From assembly GCA_036009625.1 (NCBI GenBank), contig DASYLJ010000166.1, forward strand, positions 1,703-65,702: a stretch of 64,000 nucleotides of DNA, given 5' to 3'. The DNA comes from Candidatus Binatia bacterium. GTDB lineage: Bacteria > Desulfobacterota > Binatia > DP-6. Below, piece by piece: positions 1-8,916 of the stretch (position 1 is its first letter; the number at the start of each line of letters is the position of its first letter). A program made the position numbers and the translations under genes. A model generated the notes under the pieces. That model was not told the origin of the DNA. It searched no databases and saw only the letters and a program-made list of their open reading frames with translations.

Positions 1-298
1 GCGGACGCCGGAGCTGGGCGGTGCGTGTGGGATTGCCGAGGGCGTCGTACGGCGGCAGGCCGATCGCCTGGCCCATCGCGAAGCGATAGGCGCCGCGCGG
101 GTCTTCGCGCGTGCCGGCGAACACCGCGTCCGAGGAATACGCGGTGTGGACGTGCGTGTCCCCGAAGTACGGCTGGCGGAAGGTGTCGAAGCCGGCGCAG
201 GGCTCGCGCGTCTCGGTGCGTGCCCATGGCCCCGGTACGGCGTGCGCCGTCGCCGTCAGTGCGGCGAGCAGCAGGACGCCGGCGGACATCGATCGCAT
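1..298 (-). CDS. DUF3604-like secreted metal-dependent hydrolase, N-terminal part (gene runs off the window start)
   Basis: Not in the ORF track because it is truncated by the window edge. My minus-strand translation from the ATG at 296-298 gives MRSMSAGVLLLAALTATAHA (signal peptide) then ...FRQPYFGDTHVHTAYSSDAVFAGTREDPRGAYRFAMG. This matches my memory of the DUF3604 N-terminus. The ATG overlaps the TGA of the upstream TetR gene (ATGA). Confidence 0.6.
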   Translation of the reverse strand, partial: MRSMSAGVLLLAALTATAHAVPGPWARTETREPCAGFDTFRQPYFGDTHVHTAYSSDAVFAGTREDPRGAYRFAMGQAIGLPPYDALGNPTRTAQLRRP

Positions 299-918
299 CA
301 TCGGCTCTTCCCCCGTGTTCGTGTGGACGACAGCGTACCTTCGACGAAGCGTACGAAGAGGTCGACCGCGTGTCGTCGGTCGAGCGTGCCGTCGGCGATC
401 GTGTCGGACAGTCCCCAGGCCGCCGTGGTGAGCATCCAGGCGAGCGCGCTCGCCTCCGCATCGGATGCGCCGGTCTGCAGGCGGACGTAGGGGACCCAGA
501 TGCTCGCGATCCGGTTGCGCAGTCGCGTCCGCGCGCGTGCCATGGCGCGCCGTCCTGGATCGGCCTCGGTGGCGAGCGTGCGCAGCGCACGTCGCTCCTC
601 GGCGGGCAGGTCGAGGAACAGCGCGAAACTGGTGCGGATGGTCTGGTCGATGCTCGTCCCGGTCGTCACGACGGCGGCCTGGCTCGCCCAGGTGCGCTCG
701 AAGAGATGGGTGAGCGTCGCCAGGTAGAGCTCGTCGGCGCTCGCGAAGTGCTCGTAGACCAGCTGGCGGCTCACGCCCGCGGCAGCGGCGAGTCCCTGCA
801 TCGACAGCGCCGCCCATCCGCCCCGGCGCACGAGGCGCCCGGCCGCGTCGAGGAGGTGTCCCCGCCGCTGTGCCGCCGGCAGATAGGGACGTGGGGACTG
901 TCTGGGCTGGGTCGGCAC
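298..918 (-). CDS. TetR/AcrR family transcriptional regulator
   Basis: 206-aa ORF. The N-terminal HTH (RRGHLLDAAGRLVRRGGWAALSMQGLAAAAGVSRQLVYEHFASADELY) is typical of TetR_N. Confidence 0.85.
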   Translation of the reverse strand: MPTQPRQSPRPYLPAAQRRGHLLDAAGRLVRRGGWAALSMQGLAAAAGVSRQLVYEHFASADELYLATLTHLFERTWASQAAVVTTGTSIDQTIRTSFALFLDLPAEERRALRTLATEADPGRRAMARARTRLRNRIASIWVPYVRLQTGASDAEASALAWMLTTAAWGLSDTIADGTLDRRHAVDLFVRFVEGTLSSTRTRGKSR

Positions 919-993
919 GAGAACCTTACACGGTGTCTAGATTCGCGCGCGCTCCGGCGTCAAGGTTTATCTTGTGACGCGAAGCCCCGTGGG

Positions 994-1389
994 TCAGCGA
1001 TGGCTCGGTGCGTCGAGCGTGCGGGCGGCGGTGACGAGCACCAGGCCCGTGACGAGCTCGACGGCGATGAACGTCCCCGCGAAGGCGGCGCCGTGCAGCG
1101 CCCAGGCGAGCGTGCGCGTAATCGCCGCGCCGCCGATGAGGCCCGCCGGGACGTAGAGCAGTCGCGCGTTACCTGGACGGGAGCCGGCGAGCATGGTCGC
1201 GCCGGCGGTCAGGAAGAACGTGCTGAGATCACCGATCTGGGTGCTGCGTGCGATCCCGTCGAGCAGCGGCATGCCGAGCCCGGCGGCCGCCTGCGATGGG
1301 TTCAGCAGCCAGCCGATGCCCAGGAAGGTGAAGACGATGCCGAGCAGTCGCGTCGCTTTGATGAGCACGGCGGGCGACGATAGCGACAT
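994..1389 (-). CDS. small multi-pass membrane protein (DUF4345-like, uncertain family)
   Basis: 131-aa ORF with about four hydrophobic segments (LLGIVFTFLGIGWLL, LSTFFLTAGATMLAG, LIGGAAITRTLAWAL, FIAVELVTGLVLV). It lies upstream of the TetR gene on the same strand. Confidence 0.55.
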   Translation of the reverse strand: MSLSSPAVLIKATRLLGIVFTFLGIGWLLNPSQAAAGLGMPLLDGIARSTQIGDLSTFFLTAGATMLAGSRPGNARLLYVPAGLIGGAAITRTLAWALHGAAFAGTFIAVELVTGLVLVTAARTLDAPSHR

Positions 1390-1502
1390 GGCGGAACGGG
1401 TGTCAACGAATGCGACCGTCGGGGGATGTGGCCTGGCGTGTGGCGGGTGGTATGACGTCGCGTCCGCGCGCTCGTCGACGCGGGCGGACGGGGGAGCTGG
1501 CG

Positions 1503-2567
1503 ATGCGTCGATGGGTGATCGGGATCTGCGGCGTCGTGCTGCTGCTCGCCGTGCTGACCGGTGTCGGTCTCCAGATACCGGCGGTGCAGGATGCGGTGCT
1601 GCGGCGGGTCATCTCGGCGCGCATGAGCACGCCGCCGCGGCAGCTCTGGGGCGACGACGCGCTCCGCGTGCTGCTCTGCGGCACCTCGTCGCCGATGCCG
1701 CACGCGACGCGCGCGAAGGCGTGCGTCGCCATCTTCGCGGGCGGCCGATTCTGGGTGGTGGACACTGGGCTCGGGTCCTGGAATCACCTCGCCCTCTGGC
1801 AGGTCGACGGTCGAAACATCGGCGGCATCCTCCTCACCCACTTCCACTCCGACCACATCGCCGAGCTCGGCGAGTACAACCTGCAGACCTGGGTGGCCGG
1901 GCGCTCGGGCCCGCTCCGGGTGTTCGGTCCGACGGGGGTCGATCGGGTGGTGGCGGGCTTCGCCGAGGCCTACGCGCTCGACTCGGGCTACCGCACGGCG
2001 CATCACGGTGCGGCCCTGCTGTCGCCGGAGATCGGACGCATGGTCGCGTACCCGATCCCGGCGCCGGGCGTCGTCCTGCACGAGGGCGACCTCACGATCA
2101 CGGCCTTCCCGGTGACGCACGCACCGGTCCATCCCGCCTACGGCTATCGCTTCGACTACCGTGGCCGGTCCGTCGTCGTGAGCGGCGATACCGTGAAGGA
2201 CGCGGGCCTCGTGGCCGCGTCCCGCGATGCCGACGTGCTGGTCCACGAGGCGCAGGCGAACCATCTCGTCGCGCTGCTCCGCGACGAGGCCGACACGACC
2301 GGACGTCCGCGCATCGCGAAGGTCCTGAACGACATCCCGACGTACCACACGTCCCCCGTCGAGGCGGCCGAGGTGGCGAACGAGGCCGGCGTCCGGCTGC
2401 TCGTCATGTACCACCTGACGCCACCGCCCCCGGCCTGGCTGGTCGAGCGCGCGTTCGTGCGCGGCGTCGACGCGGTTCGTCCGAGCGGGTGGATCCTCGG
2501 TGACGACGGGCTGCTCGTGACGCTACCGATCGGCTCGCAGGCGATCGACGTGGGCCAGATCGAGTAG
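1503..2567 (+). CDS. MBL-fold metallo-hydrolase (RNase Z / beta-lactamase-like) with N-terminal membrane anchor
   Basis: HFHSDH metal motif and a downstream VSGDT...LVHEA block. Start moved to the ATG at 1503 (MRRWVIGICGVVLLLAVL), which precedes the hydrophobic anchor. Confidence 0.8.
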   Translation: MRRWVIGICGVVLLLAVLTGVGLQIPAVQDAVLRRVISARMSTPPRQLWGDDALRVLLCGTSSPMPHATRAKACVAIFAGGRFWVVDTGLGSWNHLALWQVDGRNIGGILLTHFHSDHIAELGEYNLQTWVAGRSGPLRVFGPTGVDRVVAGFAEAYALDSGYRTAHHGAALLSPEIGRMVAYPIPAPGVVLHEGDLTITAFPVTHAPVHPAYGYRFDYRGRSVVVSGDTVKDAGLVAASRDADVLVHEAQANHLVALLRDEADTTGRPRIAKVLNDIPTYHTSPVEAAEVANEAGVRLLVMYHLTPPPPAWLVERAFVRGVDAVRPSGWILGDDGLLVTLPIGSQAIDVGQIE

Positions 2568-2607
2568 TCGGGGAGCTACGCCCGCCTCGACGGCGCGCGT
2601 AGCTCCC
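2568..2607. terminator. GC-rich hairpin between convergent genes (possible bidirectional terminator)
   Basis: 11-bp perfect inverted repeat gggagctacgc / gcgtagctccc separated by a 15-nt loop. It lies between the MBL stop (2567) and the S53 stop (2615). No clear U-tract. Confidence 0.35.
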
Positions 2608-2614
2608 GCGTCGT

Positions 2615-5600
2615 TCACTGCGGCGCGAGGGCCGCGGGCAGGCACACCGTCGTCGGCTTCTTGGTGTCGACCTGGCCCGTGCCGAACTGGTTGTCGGTGT
2701 AGACCCCCGTGTGTGCGGTGGGCTTCGGCTGCTTCGGGCTGATCTTGGTGCCCTTGTCCTTGGGATTGGCGGCACCACAGCCGCTCTGCGCATACGTCTT
2801 CGTCGCCAGCTTGGCGTCGTAGCAGAGCAGCAGGGAGCTCGGGTTGCGCACGGTGGCGGGCGTGATCGAGAAGGGCTGGCCCTTGGCCGGGCCGGACTTG
2901 ACGGTGGGCGAACCGCTCTTGGCGACGGGGCTGCACACCAGCGTCAGCTTGCGGAGATCGTAGCGTCCGCTCTGCAGCTGATCGGTCACCTCCACCTGGG
3001 CGTGCTTCGCGAGGGCGACCTTGCCCTTCACCTTGGCACACAACAGGTGGTCGACGTTGTAGGCGTTCGGAACCAACGGATCGGCCGCCTGCGTGAGGCC
3101 CTTCGCCGTCGGCACGAGGAGGTTCGTGGGCTTCGATGTCGTCACGCTGGCGTTGGTGCACGCGCCGACGACGCGCGACGACTGCTTGCCGATCTTCGGG
3201 CCGCCCTTTGCGGGTTTCACGGCGTAGGAGAGCAGGTGCGTGGTCGGATCCCGGAGACCCGCATCGTCGATGTCGGCGGGAACGCCGAGCTCAGTGATCT
3301 TCTGGACGTCGAACGCGCCGGCGCCGAGCGTCACCGGTCCGAACTTCGGGAGGGTCGGGGTCTTCTTCGTGGTCTTGGCCTGATGCAGCATGAAGGCGCC
3401 GAGTGGCGCAGTGCTGCTGACGACGGTGAAGCCGACGGCGTCGCTCGACGGCAGCAGCACCTCTGCGCCGGCGAAGGTGGCGGCGAGGAGACTCGTACCG
3501 GGCGCTGGCAGCGTCACGATGCAGATGACCGTGCCCGCTGGGTCGGTGGTGCCCGCGCACTGCACGCCGCCGACGTCGAACGCGACGGGCTGTCCGGCGA
3601 GCGGTGCGGGCGGCTCGACCGACACGTCGGTGAGCGATGCGACGACGGTCACCGGCTGCGATGGGCGCGCCTGCGTCGGGCTCAGGTTCAGCGTGAGGGA
3701 CGTCACGTGCGGGCCGTCGGTCCATGTGATGGTCGCGGGGTTGGACGTGAGCGCCGTGCCCGCGATGGTGGCGGTGGCCGTGATCGTATCCTTGCCGGTG
3801 TTGACGGCGGTGTACGCGAAGACGGCGGCGCCCTCGGCGTTCGTGCGCACCATGCGCACCTGTGGGTTGGCGCCGGTCACCTGGAAGAAGATCGGCGTGT
3901 CGGCGGGGACGTCGACGTAGCGGAACGTCGCCGTGACTTCGCGAGTCGTGCCGCGCGCGGGGTCGGGCGTCACCTCGGCCGGTGTCAGGACGAGAGAGGG
4001 CAGCGGGGCCGTGGGAAGGAAATTGCAGCCACCGCTCGCGTTCGTGAGCTTGTAGACCGCGTCGTGCGACCCGATGTACTGGCAACCGTCGGGGCCGGTG
4101 GTGCCGGAGCCGATGTCGGTAGCGAGCACCGTGGTCGTGAACGGTGTCGTCGTGACGTCGACGAGGCTCAGATCGAAGGTGTCCTTCGGGAACACGAGGA
4201 ACGACTTCGCCTCGCCGTTCGGCAGCAGCTCGCCGATGGAGAGGGTGAAGAAGCTCGAGAGACCGGTCACGGGCGTGACGACTCCGGGCGTCGCCGAGTT
4301 GGTGCCGGTGATGCGAACGACGGGCGGGACCGGGGAATTGTAGCCGATGGCGACGTAGATGGTGCCGTCCGGCGTGAACGCGATGGCGCCGTTCGGCGAC
4401 GTCCCGAGATTGGCGTACGTGACCACCGTCGGCGTTGGACCAGCGGGGTCGAGGATGCGATGCAGCAGCACATCGTCCGCGCCGGCACCGAAGCAGGTGC
4501 CGGTGAAGAACAGGTCGCCGCTGATCGGATCGACGGCGAGCCCGCCGGGGCAGGTCTGGTTCTCGGCGACGTTGCGGATGAACGCGCCGGTGGCGGGATC
4601 GAGCTCGACCACGGTGCCGGTGGTGAAGTTGACGCCCGTCGAGCCGCGGGTGGCGTAGAGCTTGCCGTCCTTGCCGAAGACCGGCGATCCGAGCGTGGGG
4701 CCGATGACGTCGAGCAGGTTGGCGCTGGACACGGCGCCACCACCGAGGCCGAAGCCATAGAGGCCGCCGTCGGGGAACTGGGCGATGTACGTCGATGCGT
4801 CTTGGAACACCGGGTTGGACGCCCCCGGGCAGCCGCCCCAGTTGACGTTGCCGAAGTTGAAGTCCTGCGCCAGGAAGCCGGTCGCGAACGCCGTGACGAC
4901 GTAGCCGTTCTGCCCCACCGGCAGCACGACGGTGTTGCCGCACGCGGTGCCGGTGCCGTTCTCGAACGTGACCTGCGCGCTGCCTGGAACGGGCAGGTCG
5001 CCGTCGGTCACGTCGACGGCGGTGTAGGTGACGACTTCGTTCACGAGATTCGTGATGGTGAAGGCGATCTGGCCGTTGGCATCGGTGACGGCCGGGCTGG
5101 GTGTCGCGATGCGCGAGTGCCCGAGCCCCTGCGAGAGCGTCACCGTCTTGCCGGCGGCGCCACGCGCGAGCGCGTCCTGCAGCGTGACGGTGATCGTGGC
5201 CGATGCGATGCCGTCGGCGGTGACCGTGTTGGTGCTGGCCTGGATCGAGGCACTGGTCGCCGGCGGCACGACGAAGGGCAGCGTCGGATGGTTGCCGAGC
5301 TCGACGCCGTTGACGGTGACGGTGAACTCGACGTCTTCCGCGGTGAGGTTGGTCACCGCGAAGACGGCGAGGCCGTAGTCGTCGCTGACCATGCTGCCTG
5401 GCGTGATCACCGCGTCGGTACCAGGCGCACTGATCGCGACGGTCTGTCCCGGGATGGCGTGGCCAGCCGCGTCGAGTACCTGCACCGAGACGTAGCCGAC
5501 CGACGTGCCGTCGGCGGGGACCTCCACTGGGAGCTGGAAGCCGCCGACGACGTCCGTGTCGACGGCCGCCGTGGCGTACGACGCCAGCGGATCGGCCGCG

Positions 5601-7447
5601 CCCAGCGTGAGGTTTCCGAGGGCCACGATCAGCGCGTCGACGTTGGGCGAACCGAGGCCGACGTGCGCGAAGTCGCTGCCCAGGTCGGCGGCGTCGTTGA
5701 AGGCGCGCGTGCCGGCCAGCGGGTAGACCTCCTCGTTCAGGAAGCCGACGTTGCGGCCGATGGCCTCGTTGATGAGTGCCGTGTACGAGGCCAGCACCGG
5801 TGCCGTGAAGCTGGTGCCGCCGTAGATGCTGCCGGTGGGACAGCCGCCGGCGCTGGCCTGGCAGATCATGATGCCGCCGGCCGGATCGGCGCTGGCCACC
5901 AGATCGGGAACGGACCGCATCGCCGACGCGTTGAAGCCGTTCTGGTACGCGGGACGCGCGAAGAAGCGGCTCGTGCCGAAGCCGCCCTGACCGGTGGGGG
6001 GGACTGACGCGGTGCCGTCCCACCATGTCTCGGCCGCGCGCGCGCGGCCGCCGCCGGCCGTCACGGACGAGCCGCCCACCGCCGTCGCCGTCGGCGCGCT
6101 CGCGGGCACGGCCACCGTGTTCGGGCTGCCGTTGAGGCACGTGCTGCCGGAATCGCCCGAGGCGTTGAAGACGCTGACGTTCGATGCCGCGGCGCTCTGG
6201 AAGATGGCCTCGATGCCTTCGACGTCGGCGCGCGACGTCTGGTCCTCGCAATAGGCGAAGCTGTTGCTGATGACGGTGGCGCCGCCGTCGAGCGCGGCGT
6301 TGAAGAGCGCCTGGAAGCTCCCTTGACCCGTGAAGGGTGCGTGGAAGACCTTCACCTGCGCTCCCGGTGCGATCGTCATCGCGGTGGTGACGTCGAGGAG
6401 CAGCTCGTCCTGATCGGCACCCAGCGTGGCACCGCCGTTGACCGGGACGAGGGTGAGGTTACCGATGTTCGTCGCGGGAAAACCGACCAGCGTCAGGTAG
6501 TCGGCGACATCGCTCGGGAGCAGGGTGTCGAAGCCGATGATGCCGATGGTCTGACCCGTGCCGGCGGCACGTGGAGCGATGCCCTTCCGAACCGTCGGCT
6601 TGGGCGCGCTGGCGCTGCTCGCGGCCGCCGGTGATGACCCCGGAGGACAGGGTTCGTCGTTCCGGACGACGCGCAGGTACGAGTAGTATTGCCCGTATCC
6701 CGCGAAGTCGAAGACGGACTCGAGCGGGACGTTGTTCTCGGCGGAGGTTTTCGCCGCCGCCAGGCACACGTTGTACGGATTGGGGTCGCCGTTCGTGCAG
6801 AGCTTGAAGCCGATCGGGGGCGGGACCGGCGCCACGAGGATCGCGCACACGAGCTTGTTGAATCCGTAGTGCAGCGCCTTGAGCACGGGCTTCGGCTGCG
6901 CCAGGTCGCTCAGGCCCGTGACGCTCAGCACGTGCGACGCGAGCGCGCGCGGCAACGCGGGGTTGGTGTCGTTGGCGCGGAAGGTGCGATCGCCGATCCG
7001 GTAGTCGGCGATCCCGACGCGCATCGTGCGCTCGACGGCGGCGCGGGTGCCGCGCACCGTCAGCGTCAACCGGTTCTCCGCGCCCTGCACCAGCTCGAGG
7101 CCGTGTCCCGTGAGCCATCGTCGCAGCCGATCGTAGGTTCGCGGCGACGGTCCGAAGCGATCGGCCAGCGCGCGCTGGCTCGTGAACCGACGGTACGACG
7201 GTGACGTCTCGTCGCGCACCGCGCGCAGGAGCTCGGCGAAGCCCGCCGGGTCGTCGCGCCGCAGAACGAACGTGAGCGTGATCGGCTCGATCGCGGCGTC
7301 CGGCGCCGCCGCCACGCGCGTGGCCGTGGCGAGGGCAGGGAGGACGTGATCCGGGAGGCGTTCGGCGTGGGCCCCTCCGGAGGAGCCCACGATCGACCCG
7401 AGTTGGACGGCGAGAAGGAACGCGAACCCGGACCAGCGAAATCCCAT
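2615..7447 (-). CDS. giant secreted S53 (sedolisin/kumamolisin-type) serine peptidase with Ig-like and repeat domains
   Basis: 1610 aa. Signal peptide MGFRWSGFAFLLAVQLGSIVGSSGGAHA. Pro-kumamolisin-like activation region (ITLTFVLRRDDPAGFAELL...SYRRFTSQRALADRFGPS). S53 motifs DQDELLLDVTTAMTIAPGAQV and GGTSFTAPVLASY. Big_1-like Ig repeats (VSVQVLDAAGHAIPGQTV..., ITVTLQDALARGAAGKTVTL...). Lys-rich C-terminal repeats. Confidence 0.85.
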   Translation of the reverse strand: MGFRWSGFAFLLAVQLGSIVGSSGGAHAERLPDHVLPALATATRVAAAPDAAIEPITLTFVLRRDDPAGFAELLRAVRDETSPSYRRFTSQRALADRFGPSPRTYDRLRRWLTGHGLELVQGAENRLTLTVRGTRAAVERTMRVGIADYRIGDRTFRANDTNPALPRALASHVLSVTGLSDLAQPKPVLKALHYGFNKLVCAILVAPVPPPIGFKLCTNGDPNPYNVCLAAAKTSAENNVPLESVFDFAGYGQYYSYLRVVRNDEPCPPGSSPAAASSASAPKPTVRKGIAPRAAGTGQTIGIIGFDTLLPSDVADYLTLVGFPATNIGNLTLVPVNGGATLGADQDELLLDVTTAMTIAPGAQVKVFHAPFTGQGSFQALFNAALDGGATVISNSFAYCEDQTSRADVEGIEAIFQSAAASNVSVFNASGDSGSTCLNGSPNTVAVPASAPTATAVGGSSVTAGGGRARAAETWWDGTASVPPTGQGGFGTSRFFARPAYQNGFNASAMRSVPDLVASADPAGGIMICQASAGGCPTGSIYGGTSFTAPVLASYTALINEAIGRNVGFLNEEVYPLAGTRAFNDAADLGSDFAHVGLGSPNVDALIVALGNLTLGAADPLASYATAAVDTDVVGGFQLPVEVPADGTSVGYVSVQVLDAAGHAIPGQTVAISAPGTDAVITPGSMVSDDYGLAVFAVTNLTAEDVEFTVTVNGVELGNHPTLPFVVPPATSASIQASTNTVTADGIASATITVTLQDALARGAAGKTVTLSQGLGHSRIATPSPAVTDANGQIAFTITNLVNEVVTYTAVDVTDGDLPVPGSAQVTFENGTGTACGNTVVLPVGQNGYVVTAFATGFLAQDFNFGNVNWGGCPGASNPVFQDASTYIAQFPDGGLYGFGLGGGAVSSANLLDVIGPTLGSPVFGKDGKLYATRGSTGVNFTTGTVVELDPATGAFIRNVAENQTCPGGLAVDPISGDLFFTGTCFGAGADDVLLHRILDPAGPTPTVVTYANLGTSPNGAIAFTPDGTIYVAIGYNSPVPPVVRITGTNSATPGVVTPVTGLSSFFTLSIGELLPNGEAKSFLVFPKDTFDLSLVDVTTTPFTTTVLATDIGSGTTGPDGCQYIGSHDAVYKLTNASGGCNFLPTAPLPSLVLTPAEVTPDPARGTTREVTATFRYVDVPADTPIFFQVTGANPQVRMVRTNAEGAAVFAYTAVNTGKDTITATATIAGTALTSNPATITWTDGPHVTSLTLNLSPTQARPSQPVTVVASLTDVSVEPPAPLAGQPVAFDVGGVQCAGTTDPAGTVICIVTLPAPGTSLLAATFAGAEVLLPSSDAVGFTVVSSTAPLGAFMLHQAKTTKKTPTLPKFGPVTLGAGAFDVQKITELGVPADIDDAGLRDPTTHLLSYAVKPAKGGPKIGKQSSRVVGACTNASVTTSKPTNLLVPTAKGLTQAADPLVPNAYNVDHLLCAKVKGKVALAKHAQVEVTDQLQSGRYDLRKLTLVCSPVAKSGSPTVKSGPAKGQPFSITPATVRNPSSLLLCYDAKLATKTYAQSGCGAANPKDKGTKISPKQPKPTAHTGVYTDNQFGTGQVDTKKPTTVCLPAALAPQ

Positions 7448-7536
7448 CGTATCTCCTGAGCTGCGCCGCGACGGCGCGTAATCACAGAAGATACTCGGAT
7501 GCGATGACGCTTCAAGTCAATGAGAAATCAGCGCGA

Positions 7537-8310
7537 TCAGCGGCCCTTCCACTTCGGGGCACGCTTCTCGACGAACGCCGCCAGACCCTCGCCGAAGTCC
7601 TCGGTGCCGAACATCTTGCCGATCCCCTCACCCGACATGGTCCAGCCGACCTCGTCGGGCTGGTCGGTGGATTCGAGCATGATTCGGCGCGACTCCCGGA
7701 CCGCGAGCGGCGCGTTCTCGGCGACCTTGGCCGCCAGCTGCTTCGCCGTCGCGAGCGCCTCGCCCTCCTCGCACAGCACGTTCACCCAGCCGAAGTGGTG
7801 GGCGCGCTCGGCGGGAAAGTCGAGCCGGCCGGTCAGAGCGAGCTCCATGGCGATGTTGCGTGGGAGCTTGCGCGGTAGCCGGAAGAGCCCACCGGCGGCC
7901 GCCACCAGATTGCGCTTCACCTCGGGAATGCCGAAGACCGCCGTCTTCGACGCCACGACCAGGTCGCACGCCAGCACCAGCTCGGTGCCGCCCGCGAGCG
8001 CCGGTCCGTCGACGGCGGCGATGATGGGCTTGGTGCGCTCGCGGCGCACGAAGCCGCCGAATCCGCCGCGCGCCGTCATCATGCCGCCCGGGTCGACGCT
8101 CATCTGCTTCAGGTCGGCACCGGCGCAGAAGATGTAGCCCTTGGCGGTGCGGGCGCCCGTCAGGATGCCCACCCACACTTCGTCGTCGGCCTCGAGCGTG
8201 TCGACGGCCTCCTCGAGGCCGGTGGCCACGGCCGTGTTGACCGCGTTGCGGGCGTCGGGGCGATTGATGGTGATGACGGCGACGTTGCCGTCCTTCTGAT
8301 AGTCGATCAT
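7537..8310 (-). CDS. enoyl-CoA hydratase/isomerase (crotonase) family protein
   Basis: The ORF 7537..8844 was trimmed to the ATG at 8308-8310 (MIDYQKDGNVAVITINRPDARNAV...FCAGADLK...AAVDGPALAGGTELVLACDL), the classic crotonase signature. The upstream 178 codons look non-coding (Arg/Gly-rich). Confidence 0.9.
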   Translation of the reverse strand: MIDYQKDGNVAVITINRPDARNAVNTAVATGLEEAVDTLEADDEVWVGILTGARTAKGYIFCAGADLKQMSVDPGGMMTARGGFGGFVRRERTKPIIAAVDGPALAGGTELVLACDLVVASKTAVFGIPEVKRNLVAAAGGLFRLPRKLPRNIAMELALTGRLDFPAERAHHFGWVNVLCEEGEALATAKQLAAKVAENAPLAVRESRRIMLESTDQPDEVGWTMSGEGIGKMFGTEDFGEGLAAFVEKRAPKWKGR

Positions 8311-8394
8311 CCGACGGGTGTATGACCGACGGCGATTCGGGTCCAGCGCTGCGGATTGCTTGCTTCCCCTGGCATGCAGGCTACGGTGCCCGCC

Positions 8395-8904
8395 ATGAAT
8401 GCCGCCACGACGATCTCGCAGTTCTCCAAGATGCTCGACAACCTCGACCACTGGCTGGTGAAGGCGGTCGCGTTCGCGGAGGAGAAGAAGGTTCCGCCCG
8501 ACGTCCTCGCGCAGTCGCGCCTCGCGATCGATCAGTACGAGCTGGTGCGCCAGGTGCAGTCGGCGTGCGACTCCGCCAAGTTCGCCGCCGCCTACCTCGC
8601 GGGCCAGCAGCCGCCGTCGCACGCCGACACCGAGAAGACGATCGACGAGCTGCGGGCGCGTATCCGCACCTGCCGGACCTACCTCGCCAGCTTCGACGCG
8701 TCGGCCTTCGCGGCTGCGGCCGAGCGCCACGTGTCGCCGGGCTGGATGCAGGGCAAGTGGGCTCGAGGCGACGAGTACCTGACGGAGTTCGCGGTCCCGA
8801 ACTTCTACTTCCACGTCACCATGGCCTACGCGATCCTGCGCCACAACGGCGTCGCGATCGGCAAGATGGACTACGTCGGCTCCATCCCCATGCGCGACGC
8901 CTGA
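8395..8904 (+). CDS. DUF1993 domain protein
   Basis: MNAATTISQFSKMLDNLDHWLVKA...NFYFHVTMAYAILRHNGVAIGKMDYVG matches my memory of the DUF1993 family. Start taken at the ATG at 8395. Confidence 0.75.
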   Translation: MNAATTISQFSKMLDNLDHWLVKAVAFAEEKKVPPDVLAQSRLAIDQYELVRQVQSACDSAKFAAAYLAGQQPPSHADTEKTIDELRARIRTCRTYLASFDASAFAAAAERHVSPGWMQGKWARGDEYLTEFAVPNFYFHVTMAYAILRHNGVAIGKMDYVGSIPMRDA

Positions 8905-8916
8905 CCGGCGTCGCCG

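Noticed and set aside
25-1383. 452-aa plus-strand ORF, with several nested ORFs, covering the first 1.4 kb
   Set aside because: It is Arg/Gly/Ala/Pro-rich nonsense typical of alternative frames in GC-rich DNA. It is antisense to three convincing minus-strand genes (the DUF3604 N-terminus, TetR and the small membrane protein).
2711-6251. 1098-aa plus-strand and 986-aa minus-strand ORFs overlapping the S53 gene
   Set aside because: They are out-of-frame or antisense shadows of the 1610-aa gene, with extreme Arg/Gly/Asp/His content and no domain motifs. Only the frame with the signal peptide, pro-kumamolisin and GTSxxAP motifs is credible.
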